Positions 54,819-64,000 of a stretch of 64,000 nucleotides of DNA are shown piece by piece. The notes beneath the pieces were generated by a model that was not told the origin of the DNA, did not search any database, and saw nothing but the letters and a program-made list of their open reading frames with translations. A program made the translations under genes and the position numbers. The DNA lies in IMG/VR virus record IMGVR_UViG_3300015370_000568, positions 1 to 64,000 of that record, one strand, 5' to 3'. Numbering within the stretch: position 1 is the stretch's first letter; each line of letters begins with the position of its first letter. This stretch comes from a virus.

Positions 54819-55469
54819 TTAGTCTTTCCTTTCTTGAGTCGTAATCGTATTCACTATTCCAGCATGCCAGAACTGAGCAGCAATGTAAAGCTGTCTATCT
54901 GTAATCTGTATAGATTGATACCTCTCTTTCTTCAACTGACCTCCAGGAGCTGGAGAGAAAAGGTAATAATCTGGCTCGTCTACATATGTAAGCATCATCC
55001 TGAATTTGAGTTCATGAATTACAGGACTCCACCAATTCATAGTAGTCAAATCTCGCGGAAATATATCTATGACTCGTACTCTATTCTTGCCTATAGCTAC
55101 GATATCATTAGTGAATTTAAGTAATGCTCTACCTATTTCACATGTACCTGGCACATTAGCAATTCTCTGTAATTCAGGGATAGCATTAAGGATTTGTTCA
55201 GCATAATCTAATAGCCATCGGGGTCTATCTAAAGGTAGAGAAGGGGGAAAAGTATTAGCAATCAGGTCATCTAAAACTTGATACTTAGCTCCTCTTGGGA
55301 GAGGGCCCCATTTGAATTCTTCTTGGATTAGAGAAGCTACAAAAGTCTTGAGCTGCCACCATAGTTCATCAAGATAGGGATTAGTCTCTCTATTAGTTAG
55401 CCATTGTGAAGAGCTATTAGCATAGAGACCTAGCTCCTCGATACTGAGGGCCTGCTGATGATACGGCAT
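54819..55469 (-). CDS. hypothetical protein
   Basis: GGAG RBS; coupled ORF. Confidence 0.55.
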   Translation of the reverse strand: MPYHQQALSIEELGLYANSSSQWLTNRETNPYLDELWWQLKTFVASLIQEEFKWGPLPRGAKYQVLDDLIANTFPPSLPLDRPRWLLDYAEQILNAIPELQRIANVPGTCEIGRALLKFTNDIVAIGKNRVRVIDIFPRDLTTMNWWSPVIHELKFRMMLTYVDEPDYYLFSPAPGGQLKKERYQSIQITDRQLYIAAQFWHAGIVNTITTQERKD

Positions 55470-56110
55470 GACGGCTCCATAATGCAGTTAAACTGGGCTT
55501 CTACAGCGGGAGAATATCTACCCATGATTTCTGCTTGATAAGTTTCCGGAGACAGAACTTCTTGAAGACTTTCCATCGCCTTGGTGTCATGAATAGAGTA
55601 ATGTTCTCCAAAGATACCTACAGGGATGCCTGTTTCAATAAGAAAGTCTGAAAAGGCATCACCTTCATAAGTATACGGCGAGGAAATGAAAAGAAGAGTC
55701 TTCTTCGCCTGCTCATGAAATAACCAAGACAAGACTGTCTCATTACAAAAGACAGCTTCATCTACTACTATTTGGTCAGCCCGTTTAATTGACGAGAGAA
55801 AAACGTAATCATCTTCAGGACCTAATGGACAAGGTTGTATTTCAGCATAAATATTTACATCTTCTGTCTCAAGCCAACGAGCTTTTTCTCGTACATAAAC
55901 TGACATCTGCATACGAGGAACAATAACTGTTGTTACTGGAAAAAGTCTAGACCTCAATAAAGCTCCTGTTGTCTTGCCTGATTGTCGTGGAGCAATCCAG
56001 GCACTAACAGGATATTCACAATCAAGTAGTTTCTGTTGAAGCGAATTGAAAATCATAGTGTACTCCCAAATCCAATCCCAAAGCCATATGAGTTTTGAGG
56101 GAAAATCCAA
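55430..56110 (-). CDS. terminase-like P-loop ATPase domain without nuclease domain
   Basis: APRQSGKTT, IVVDEA, FISSP, YQAEIMGRY. Confidence 0.65.
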   Translation of the reverse strand: MDFPSKLIWLWDWIWEYTMIFNSLQQKLLDCEYPVSAWIAPRQSGKTTGALLRSRLFPVTTVIVPRMQMSVYVREKARWLETEDVNIYAEIQPCPLGPEDDYVFLSSIKRADQIVVDEAVFCNETVLSWLFHEQAKKTLLFISSPYTYEGDAFSDFLIETGIPVGIFGEHYSIHDTKAMESLQEVLSPETYQAEIMGRYSPAVEAQFNCIMEPSCRIISRPSVSRS

Positions 56111-57057
56111 TGAGCCATCGGCCCAATAAACAAATCAGATAGAAGAGGTAACTGCTTCCCTATGTTATAGGATATAGGCATGAAACCTACAGCACCACAC
56201 TCAGAACCACATATACCACCTGAGACACGAAGAAATCGCCAGGTATTATCATCGGGGGTTAATCCATAAGCCATGAAAGACATACCTACTTCAGCTACAG
56301 CATGAAGTTTGACATCTAAATTGAGTCCGCCGACTAGACATATATCAATATGAGGAGCCCAGACAAAGAATCTTTCTTCAGGATAATCTACCTGTAATAC
56401 ATCTAACTCAGTCAGTTCTAATTTGACTAAGTCTTGACCTTCTTTGTCTAACTCATATAAAGAGACATAGAAAACTGACTGACCATCTCCAGTAATAGCT
56501 CTTGAAAGACTACCTCGAAATTTTTGGGTCAGCTCATAGGAAAAGTCTTCAGTGATAGCATCACCCTGGACAGAGAGCCTCCAATCCTGAAATGCAAAGG
56601 GTAGACTTTTTATTTCGTGAACCTTTGGGTCGTCCTCTGGGCCGCTTAGGTAGACTATCTTTTCCTTTGATACTACCTTTGTTTCCCACTTTACTACTAA
56701 TTTCCCTTCTCCCTTGCTTCTTAAGCTTGCTTCCAGATTCACTACTTCCTGTGTCTTGAGCTCTAACCGCTGGACATCCTCCAGATGACTCTGTTCCATT
56801 TGCTGGAGAGCTGTCTGCAAACTCACCAGTCTTGATTGTGCCCGACCCAATTGCAAATCTGATTGCACCCTTGATGCAGTTAACTCCGCAATTGTTTGCG
56901 AGCTTCTGTATTCGAGCCAGAGTCCTCTTATCATTAGGACAATAACGATTAAAGCTACCATCCCCAAGCACACAAAGTGCCAGGGCTTGAGAGTATTTTT
57001 CATCCAGCACCGCCTGTAAAGCAGAACAGGGAGAACGAAAACAGGCTTCTTGAACAC
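56053..57057 (-). CDS. membrane-anchored coiled-coil protein with beta-rich C-terminus
   Basis: N-terminal TM helix, coiled coil, terminal beta strands. Confidence 0.6.
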   Translation of the reverse strand: MFKKPVFVLPVLLYRRCWMKNTLKPWHFVCLGMVALIVIVLMIRGLWLEYRSSQTIAELTASRVQSDLQLGRAQSRLVSLQTALQQMEQSHLEDVQRLELKTQEVVNLEASLRSKGEGKLVVKWETKVVSKEKIVYLSGPEDDPKVHEIKSLPFAFQDWRLSVQGDAITEDFSYELTQKFRGSLSRAITGDGQSVFYVSLYELDKEGQDLVKLELTELDVLQVDYPEERFFVWAPHIDICLVGGLNLDVKLHAVAEVGMSFMAYGLTPDDNTWRFLRVSGGICGSECGAVGFMPISYNIGKQLPLLSDLFIGPMAHWIFPQNSYGFGIGFGSTL

Positions 57058-57123
57058 TCCATTGTTCTCTGTCTAGACACCAAATCCATTCTCTGGGTAT
57101 TTCCACAGAGACTCCTTTCTTTC

Positions 57124-57315
57124 TTAGCCAACGCGAGCATGGTCATTCCATAGGCCCCAAGATAAATGTTTAGCCGGCCCTTTCTTATTAAATACTCTCT
57201 TTGCTACCTGTCCACAAAAAGGACACACCGGCTCGTATTCATCTCTAAGAGCCATCGAAGGACACATAGCCTCGAACTCTTCATGACAACTAGTACACTC
57301 ATAATCATATAGCAT
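57124..57315 (-). CDS. FmdB-family zinc-ribbon protein
   Basis: LYDYECTSCHEEFE...CPFCG..AKRV. Confidence 0.8.
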   Translation of the reverse strand: MLYDYECTSCHEEFEAMCPSMALRDEYEPVCPFCGQVAKRVFNKKGPAKHLSWGLWNDHARVG

Positions 57316-57330
57316 TCCTACCTCCTCTCT

Positions 57331-59805
57331 CTACTTAGAGTACACGTTTCCAATCTCTCGTTCAACGCTTTCTTGTGAATCTGCAAGAGTCTGAACTCTA
57401 GCTACTTCTTCAGCTGAGACTCTAGAAAAGTCAGAAGAAGCTGGCCAAAAATCTAAAAAGATTGAACTCTTATAAGTCGCGACCTTATTCTTATCCACAA
57501 TCAATTCTATCCTTGGAAGCTTTAATTGACTACCATCTGTTTGTGCTTCGATATGAAAGAGATTAGCGCCTTGTGCTCCAAGGTCATGAACTTGATTATA
57601 GACATGACTAACCCAGTTAGCATCATACTGCATTCCGACAGAGCCAGCCAGGTTATTCATATTAGGCCTAGTTCCAGGTTCCATCTTGGTGTATTCCATA
57701 GTCGCCCAGACAGTAATACCAAACTCGCCAGCTAATCCTTTGAGAGCATTGGATTGTCTTTTAAGACGAACAGGCTCATTAGGTACTTCTTGGAAGTCTA
57801 GAAGCTTATGGAAGTTGTCGAGGATATAAAGAATATGTCGCTCAGGATACTTCTGCTTCAAGAAAGCTAACATTGTCCTGGTGAAAGTCAGATTAGCTCC
57901 TCCACCAGCAAGATTACTAGGATGGGCTCCTTTGAGAACTAACCAACCACCTTCTACTAGCTTCTGTAATCCTGCATAAGCCTTGCGCCGTCTTTCTAAT
58001 ACCCCGCCGCCAAGAATACGTTCCCAATGATTAGGAAACATCACATGGTTCAACTCAAGTGAGTGTGAGCCATCTTGAATAGTTACAAACTTAGGGAGAA
58101 TCTGTTCAGGAGTATCATCAATAGTATGATAGACCACTACTGTATTGTTCTGCTCATAGTGAGTAGCTATATCATGACCAATACAAGAAAGTAAAGAACT
58201 CTTCCCAGAATTTGGTCTTCCGCCGCAAACCAGAAGCATTCCTTGTAGCTCACCCGCAAGAGCTACTTGTAAATCATGAAACTTGGGGCCAAAAAAGAAC
58301 CCCATATGTTGTCCCTTACGAGACTCTTCTATCTCTTGTTGTTGTTTCAATAATGCAACAAACCCTGTTTCAGAGAGACTAGCTTCGTCATGTTTGATAT
58401 TGACTTCGGTAAGTTTGACTAGGCCTTCAGTAAGAATAGCTTCACTATTGCCAGAAAACAGCTCTAGGTCTCGTTTAATGCCATCAACAATGGCACTACG
58501 TTCTCGTTCACGAACAAGATTCTTTTCGTCTACCAGCCGAAATAGTTCCATTCTGATAGCTCTGAGGTCATATCCTGTTCTTTTTGCCAGGTCTCGACAC
58601 ATTGTCTCTTGAGTAATATGAGATGCCTCGGTAACTATTAACTGAAGCATCCGGTTACAAATAACTTCAGGTTCTTCGTCTTCCGAAAATTGAGTCAGTC
58701 GCCATTGAAAAGCTGACAATTCAGGAATAGCTCTGAAGGCTTCAATACCCTTTTCTCTAATGAATTCATCAGGGTCTTGTTCATTAGGAATGATTTTGAC
58801 CTTGATAGTTAAATCTTTGTGACCTGCAAGACGGGTATCGAGAATCTCGAGAGTGCGTCTTTGGCCAGGATTATCTCCATCCAACGCGAGAACCAACTCT
58901 GTAGCCCCACAACGCTTGAGCAGCGCGACATGTTCACGAGTAAGCGCAGTACCAGATAGGGCCACGCAGTTGTCCAGACCTTTCTCACGAGCTGTGAGAA
59001 CATCTGTATAGCCTTCGAAAAGATAGATTTTGGGGTCTTTCTTGGCAACGTCAAGTCCATAAAGTCTTTGCCCTTTCCGATAGATATTAACTTTGACATC
59101 AGTAGTGGCTGTATTGACATACTTTCTGTCATCGCCAGGCTTATGATTGAGATTCCGGGCTGCAAACCCTACTGGTCTACCAAATTCATCACAGGTAGTG
59201 AAGATAAGATTATGGGGTTGGAAGATAGGACTTGGAAGACCTGTACCTACACCACGTTTTCCGAGGTCGACTTCATCAAGAAACTTGGCAGAGAATCCTG
59301 CAGCTTTGAGCTGGTCGCGGAAGTCACTGAAGGATACTACTGTACCAGTATAGCTTCTACGAAGATTAGTTTGTGACCAGCCTCTTCTTTGTATCTCTGT
59401 CTTGACTTGTTTAGAAGGTTGCGAAGTAGAAACAATTTCGGCCGCTACTTTGTAAGCTCTATAGGTATCTAGCTCATATAGTTCTTCAGGAGTTAGTTCT
59501 TCCATCTCGTGAGAGATACCGAACTTATCAGCTAGATAGAGGACATTTTCTTGGACAAATTCTTTGCCTACAAGGGGTTTATCTTCTAGAAAAGCGGCGC
59601 AATCAAAAATATCCCATGACCGACTACAACCAAAACACCAGATAGCTGTCTTGTCTTCTAATAGACCAGCACTAGGACTCTTATCCTGATGAACAGGATT
59701 GAGACATGAAAATTTATGATGTGGGTCTATTCCTTGTTGCTGAAGATACTCAACCAAGAATGGCCGAATCTTATCTTTAAGTTGTTCAAGTCGTTCGCGC
59801 GACAT
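57331..59805 (-). CDS. DnaG-type primase fused to a DnaB-like helicase domain
   Basis: CLNPVH.DKSPS..CFGC Zn finger, KYVNT, FEGYTD, ALDGDNPG, DPDEF; C-terminal GRPNSGKS, LDNFH, MQYDAN, DKNK. Confidence 0.88.
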   Translation of the reverse strand: MSRERLEQLKDKIRPFLVEYLQQQGIDPHHKFSCLNPVHQDKSPSAGLLEDKTAIWCFGCSRSWDIFDCAAFLEDKPLVGKEFVQENVLYLADKFGISHEMEELTPEELYELDTYRAYKVAAEIVSTSQPSKQVKTEIQRRGWSQTNLRRSYTGTVVSFSDFRDQLKAAGFSAKFLDEVDLGKRGVGTGLPSPIFQPHNLIFTTCDEFGRPVGFAARNLNHKPGDDRKYVNTATTDVKVNIYRKGQRLYGLDVAKKDPKIYLFEGYTDVLTAREKGLDNCVALSGTALTREHVALLKRCGATELVLALDGDNPGQRRTLEILDTRLAGHKDLTIKVKIIPNEQDPDEFIREKGIEAFRAIPELSAFQWRLTQFSEDEEPEVICNRMLQLIVTEASHITQETMCRDLAKRTGYDLRAIRMELFRLVDEKNLVRERERSAIVDGIKRDLELFSGNSEAILTEGLVKLTEVNIKHDEASLSETGFVALLKQQQEIEESRKGQHMGFFFGPKFHDLQVALAGELQGMLLVCGGRPNSGKSSLLSCIGHDIATHYEQNNTVVVYHTIDDTPEQILPKFVTIQDGSHSLELNHVMFPNHWERILGGGVLERRRKAYAGLQKLVEGGWLVLKGAHPSNLAGGGANLTFTRTMLAFLKQKYPERHILYILDNFHKLLDFQEVPNEPVRLKRQSNALKGLAGEFGITVWATMEYTKMEPGTRPNMNNLAGSVGMQYDANWVSHVYNQVHDLGAQGANLFHIEAQTDGSQLKLPRIELIVDKNKVATYKSSIFLDFWPASSDFSRVSAEEVARVQTLADSQESVEREIGNVYSK

Positions 59806-60692
59806 TATTCGTCCTCGTCAGGAAGAGTAGTTGTGCCCCAACATAGACTAGACCATTCACAATATCCTCTACATTGCCAATCTCCGACTCGCTCCTTCTT
59901 CTTTTCCCAAGCTGCTAGCTTAGTCTTGGAAAGTAGCTTATGCTTTACCATATCAGTCATCTGGTCATCAGAGTATTCATAGAAAAAGTCATTCGGCGGC
60001 AATACTTTTTCTTGAAGGTAGGCATCTAGAGTAGCGAATCTTCTATAGATATCAGCCATGCAGACTTGAGTAGGACAGTCATCAACCACAATCATTCTAT
60101 GAGCTTCATCTTGGTCATGATTACTGATAGAAATCTTATACTCAGCCCGTTTCATTGAATCTCTAGCAAAATAGAGGAGCTTGCCATATGGCCAAATCTC
60201 TCTACAGAAATCTAAATAGAGAGCAATCTGTAATAGATTACTCCAGCGAGGAAATCCTACTTGTTTAGTATTCCCACAGATTTCCTTGGTGGCTTGATAG
60301 CCGTAGAACGTCTTAATTTCGCAAGGTATTTCTTGTTGGGTAGTAGGGTCCCAGATAATCAGGTCTATTTCTCCTGAGATATTTCGGGGTTCATCATAGT
60401 ATCTGACACTGCTGGCTACCCAGATACCTGCTTCTTTTGCTTTTCTAGCTAGTTCTACTTCGATAGCTTTGCCCATAAGGAAGATATACTGAGAGTAAGG
60501 CGAGGGCTTACTAGGTGGAACAGTTCCCACACGACGCAAAAAAGAAGCTCGTAAACACTTACCTTCAATTCTTTGCCTACCATTCACGTCAGTTAATACT
60601 ATTGATGCTTCTGATGGCCAGTAAGTATTCTTTTGAGGAAGAGAAATACGGTCACGCACAATAAACTGGTCCAGATGTTCCCAGATTTGCAT
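59805..60692 (-). CDS. Cas4-like PD-(D/E)XK exonuclease
   Basis: KCLR, GEIDL, EIKT, QIALY, C-terminal WQCRGYCEWSSLC. Confidence 0.8.
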   Translation of the reverse strand: MQIWEHLDQFIVRDRISLPQKNTYWPSEASIVLTDVNGRQRIEGKCLRASFLRRVGTVPPSKPSPYSQYIFLMGKAIEVELARKAKEAGIWVASSVRYYDEPRNISGEIDLIIWDPTTQQEIPCEIKTFYGYQATKEICGNTKQVGFPRWSNLLQIALYLDFCREIWPYGKLLYFARDSMKRAEYKISISNHDQDEAHRMIVVDDCPTQVCMADIYRRFATLDAYLQEKVLPPNDFFYEYSDDQMTDMVKHKLLSKTKLAAWEKKKERVGDWQCRGYCEWSSLCWGTTTLPDEDE

Positions 60693-60780
60693 TAAATTGC
60701 CTTTCTAGATTGAGGAAAAAGATGAGTCATATCAGCTCCTTTTAGGCCTGAGCCGGGCCATCTATAATCAATCTGAGGTC

Positions 60781-60809
60781 AGGATACCTGAAGGAAGAGA
60801 GAGAGTCAA
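60781..60809 (-). promoter_or_regulatory. sigma70-like promoter
   Basis: Minus strand TTGACT-17 nt-TATCCT upstream of the exonuclease/primase operon. Confidence 0.5.
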
Positions 60810-60816
60810 GAGAAGA

Positions 60817-61032
60817 TTAAGAGCCGATAATAGCAGCTAAGTTAGCCTGAATGAGGATTAGCTGTGATTCTAAAGCATCAACCCTTACCTTGAGAGCATC
60901 AATCTCTTGTTGTCGAACAAGAGTAAGTTGCCGAAGCATCTTAGGAGTAGCTGCATGTTGCATTAGATTTAATAGGTTATTGACACTCAGCTCTAGAGCT
61001 TGAAATCTGGCTTCAATTTCAGTGGCGGTCAT
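60817..61032 (-). CDS. small coiled-coil protein
   Basis: Heptad pattern; AGGAG RBS. Confidence 0.55.
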   Translation of the reverse strand: MTATEIEARFQALELSVNNLLNLMQHAATPKMLRQLTLVRQQEIDALKVRVDALESQLILIQANLAAIIGS

Positions 61033-61333
61033 ATGTTTCTGGTTCTCCTTTGTTCATCTCTTGTAGATAAACGTCTTTGGTCAAGGCTTTTTGCGATACA
61101 TTAGCGCCAAAGTAGCAGAGCCATAGAGGAATCACAAACCATGACCATAATTGAAAGAGCTCAGTAAGATGTTTTGATTGAGTAGATAAGAACTCAATGT
61201 ATTGTGGGCTTTCCATCACCGGGGCCGACATCAGTAGAACAGGAAGTGCAGCTACTAGAATAAGGATTGTCGCTGCACAGGAAAGACCCCATGCGGCTTG
61301 CCATTTCCTGCTTTCTTTCTTTTCCTTGCTCAT
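61019..61333 (-). CDS. two-TM membrane protein (holin-like)
   Basis: SRKW...two TM helices...YFGANVSQK. Confidence 0.5.
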   Translation of the reverse strand: MSKEKKESRKWQAAWGLSCAATILILVAALPVLLMSAPVMESPQYIEFLSTQSKHLTELFQLWSWFVIPLWLCYFGANVSQKALTKDVYLQEMNKGEPETYDRH

Positions 61334-61724
61334 TTTCGCTCAAAGAGATTGTCTCACGGACATAATGAATGTCAACTTCACACCCTTCAAAATCTCTCTC
61401 TGTAACCATGAAGGTAATGACATCCTTAGGATATCCCTCAGCATCAGCACCAAGAACAATAGACCTATCCAAGAGCATACATTCCATGTACTTCCAACAA
61501 TAGACTTTTTCAGTATTTTCATCCGGAAAACAGAGAAGTTCTATGATATGAACAGTATCGCCGTCGTCATCCCATAATTCAGGAAGAAGATTCTTTCCCT
61601 GGTCCCAAAGAGTCAGTTCAAAACAGGCACCATATTCATCATCATAGTAGAGCTCAATCTCATAAACTCCAGGGACATCCTGATGATTGAAAAAGACTCT
61701 GGTATTCTTATTCGTCGGAATCAT
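61194..61724 (-). CDS. hypothetical protein, paralog of 52535..52975
   Basis: Shared TR..N..VP, LTL.D.G.N.LPE.W and WK...C....R motifs. Confidence 0.55.
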   Translation of the reverse strand: MIPTNKNTRVFFNHQDVPGVYEIELYYDDEYGACFELTLWDQGKNLLPELWDDDGDTVHIIELLCFPDENTEKVYCWKYMECMLLDRSIVLGADAEGYPKDVITFMVTERDFEGCEVDIHYVRETISLSENEQGKERKQEMASRMGSFLCSDNPYSSSCTSCSTDVGPGDGKPTIH

Positions 61725-62706
61725 GTTCCCTACCTTTCATTACCTGTTCGATATCGTATTCTACCATCTTCTGAACGAGCTGTTCAAAAGAAGTCTTTGG
61801 CACCCAGCCAAGTACTCGTGTAGCCTTTGAAGCATCACCAATGAGAACATCTACCTCTGCAGGTCTAAAGAAGCGTGGATCGACTTCTACATACTGCCGA
61901 TAGTCTCCAAGACCAGCATACTTGAAAGCTATATCACAAAACTCTCTGACACTATGAGTCTCGCCAGTAGCTAATACAAAGTCATCAGGCTGATTATGAT
62001 TGAGAATCATTATCATCCCTGCACAAAAGTCACTAGCCCAACCCCAATCTCTTTTGGCATCTAGATTTCCTAGATAGAGTTTTTCTTGATTACCAGCCTT
62101 GATATTTGCAACGGCCAATGAAATCTTCCTAGTTACAAAGTTAGGTCCTCGTCTAGTCCCTTCATGGTTATAGCAAATAGAATTACTGGCGAACATCTTG
62201 TATGATTCTCGATAGTTACGAGTAATCCAGTAACCATAGAGTTTTGCTACACCATAAGGAGAGCGAGGATGGAATTCACTTTCTTCGTTGCATAGCACTT
62301 CTCCTCTGATGCCTCCGAATAATTCCGAGGTAGAAGCTTGTAGAAATCGAGTATGAATTCCTGATTCTCTAATAGCTTCAAGACAATAGAGCACTCCTAG
62401 ACCTGTAGCTTGAGCTGTATAGACTGGCTGAGAGAAAGAAGTTCCGACGTGACTTTGTGCTGCCATATTAAAACACAAGTCAGCTTTGGCTAATCGGCAT
62501 AGAGAGGTAAGGCTAGGAAGATCTAGTAGATCTCCTTCTACAATTTCTACATTAGGTTCTTTTTCAAGATGAGCCGCGCATTCTAGACTATTACTTGATG
62601 TTCTTCTCTTTAGACCATAGACTTTATAGCCTTTTTCTAATAGAAGGTCGGCCAGAATTGAACCATCTTGGCCTGTTATACCTGTAATGATAGCTGATTT
62701 AGTCAT
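61708..62706 (-). CDS. gmd: GDP-mannose 4,6-dehydratase
   Basis: ITGITGQDGS, AAQSHV, QASTSELFG, PRSPYGVAK, FVTRKI, LGNLDAKRDWG, RPAEVD. Confidence 0.96.
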   Translation of the reverse strand: MTKSAIITGITGQDGSILADLLLEKGYKVYGLKRRTSSNSLECAAHLEKEPNVEIVEGDLLDLPSLTSLCRLAKADLCFNMAAQSHVGTSFSQPVYTAQATGLGVLYCLEAIRESGIHTRFLQASTSELFGGIRGEVLCNEESEFHPRSPYGVAKLYGYWITRNYRESYKMFASNSICYNHEGTRRGPNFVTRKISLAVANIKAGNQEKLYLGNLDAKRDWGWASDFCAGMIMILNHNQPDDFVLATGETHSVREFCDIAFKYAGLGDYRQYVEVDPRFFRPAEVDVLIGDASKATRVLGWVPKTSFEQLVQKMVEYDIEQVMKGREHDSDE

Positions 62707-63779
62707 TTTTTCTCCTTGAGATAGTCTACAAAAGCAGGCTTATAGAAGTCAATCATTACTTCTGCGTAGTCAGCATCTACCGGATCTTTACTTAAACACG
62801 CAGCTAATATGGGATGACGTAACTCATCAGTTAAATAACGACATAAAGAATAGTGAGTATCTACACGACTACGTTGACCAAGAGCCTTTTGATGAACTCC
62901 GTTGATCCCTGAATCAGTAGGAGCAAAATATCTCATGACCGAAGTGCCCCATCCTAAATGAAAAAATGGACCAATTAAAGACTTACCTTCAGCATCTGGC
63001 ATATTGTTTTGATCTACTGCTTCTAGAATAGATGAAAAATTTGCGTAGTTTAAATCATATTCGGTTTTACAACGAAATGATCTACCATCATAATTAAATA
63101 GAAGACCCCTTTTAAAGTCTCCTACCAAAAACGTAACCCAAGCATTAGCTCTGATGAATGCGTCGAGTTTAACAACCTCATCAGGAACATCAGGCGTTCT
63201 ATCTACTCCTATCATTTCACAAAACCGAAAAAAAGTGATGGTCTCGCTTGCCATGGGATTATTCTTATTGCCAAAGAGCTTTTGATACACAGACAAGAAT
63301 TTTTGATAAAAATCGGTAGTCATAATAATAATTCCTGTCGAAGGTGTAAGATGTCCCCAAGGTGCATGATAATTGTGATCTAATCGTTGTACTTCCCGAA
63401 CAGCGCGATTAGGTTTTATGATCCATCCTGTACGGTTATTAGGAATAGCATAATCTGCTCCTGATACTTCAAATTGTTTAAAAGTTTGAAGTAAATCTTC
63501 CTTCAACCAAAAACAATCACCTTCGCAAACAGCTACCACATCATACTGATTTTGTAGTGCATACTGCATCCCATAATCAATAAAGTGCCCGATATTCCAC
63601 CGTTCTTGAGGTTTAATATTACAAAAATCTCCAGTAACCTGAGGGCCGACATTGAGCAAAAGAAAGTCTAGCTCTCCTTCACAACGAGTTGCAAAGTTCT
63701 TCCAACCTAACAGAAGAAGGGGAGGTAAGCTAATTTCTTGAAGTCCATTCCAATAAGTCACTACAACTAGCCTTCGCAT
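62703..63779 (-). CDS. putative glycosyltransferase (GT-A-like)
   Basis: VVVTYWN, YDVVAVCEGD (DxD-like), NxG-like STGIIIM, FFHLG; next to gmd. Confidence 0.5.
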   Translation of the reverse strand: MRRLVVVTYWNGLQEISLPPLLLLGWKNFATRCEGELDFLLLNVGPQVTGDFCNIKPQERWNIGHFIDYGMQYALQNQYDVVAVCEGDCFWLKEDLLQTFKQFEVSGADYAIPNNRTGWIIKPNRAVREVQRLDHNYHAPWGHLTPSTGIIIMTTDFYQKFLSVYQKLFGNKNNPMASETITFFRFCEMIGVDRTPDVPDEVVKLDAFIRANAWVTFLVGDFKRGLLFNYDGRSFRCKTEYDLNYANFSSILEAVDQNNMPDAEGKSLIGPFFHLGWGTSVMRYFAPTDSGINGVHQKALGQRSRVDTHYSLCRYLTDELRHPILAACLSKDPVDADYAEVMIDFYKPAFVDYLKEKK

Positions 63780-64000
63780 TGTGCAAATTCCTTTAATCTT
63801 CTAATATCGTTCTGATACATAATACGATATTTTTCTTGAATCTTTCCTCGCTTATATCTTCTTGGTATAATACATGGACGTTCTACTATTTTCTCCAAAG
63901 GGAAAGTTTCTAACAATTCTAGACAGTATCGAACAAAAGGACCGTAAAGACGTAATACTCTTTGCCACAAGGATAGGACATCGTCATCTCGAAACACAGG
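63767..64000 (-). CDS. 3' part of a hypothetical protein running off the window
   Basis: ORF reaches the window edge. Confidence 0.45.
   Translation of the reverse strand, partial: PVFRDDDVLSLWQRVLRLYGPFVRYCLELLETFPLEKIVERPCIIPRRYKRGKIQEKYRIMYQNDIRRLKEFAQCEG

Noticed and set aside
56561-57106. 181-aa minus-strand ORF with an AT-hook-like KRPRGRPK
   Set aside because: Almost entirely overlaps 56053..57057 in another frame; probably a shadow ORF, though overprinting cannot be excluded
59805-60692. CRISPR-Cas locus based on the Cas4-like gene
   Set aside because: No other cas genes or array; solo Cas4-like nucleases are common in phage replication modules
1-64000. DGR reverse transcriptase, template repeat or Avd within the window
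   Set aside because: No ORF with RT motifs and no AAC-rich fifth copy of the repeat was found; all four repeats lie inside target ORFs
1-64000. Stop-codon reassignment
   Set aside because: Conserved genes are full length in the standard code, all three stops end genes at expected positions, and no suppressor tRNA was found

Overview
This window looks like part of a large (jumbo-type) bacteriophage genome. It is AT-rich with dense, overlapping, co-oriented genes: + strand to about 49.8 kb, then - strand. It encodes replication, recombination and nucleotide genes (split DnaE, primase-helicase, RecA, class II RNR, intein-containing ThyX, DNA ligase, UDG), 21 tRNA genes with an RNA ligase/kinase repair pair, NAD+ salvage enzymes (PncA, PncB, NadE), a PARP-like ADP-ribosyltransferase, several radical SAM enzymes, an amidase and a GDP-mannose dehydratase. 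The strongest unusual signals are: (1) four complete DUF1566/CLec genes, plus the 3' end of a fifth, with GC-rich variable repeats showing DGR-type adenine mutagenesis, no RT or TR in the window, and a conserved C-terminal tail; (2) six otherwise unrelated proteins sharing an N-terminal MKIRLxHVTNSSS(S/Q)SF tag conserved at protein level; (3) a D-armless tRNA-Tyr whose D-arm elements appear relocated into the variable arm; (4) a Whirly-like protein; (5) a GC-rich, host-like fragment of about 550 bp inserted in frame into a phage gene; (6) three CDSs whose stop codon lies inside a tRNA gene. All family calls come from motif recognition by eye; no database searches were run.
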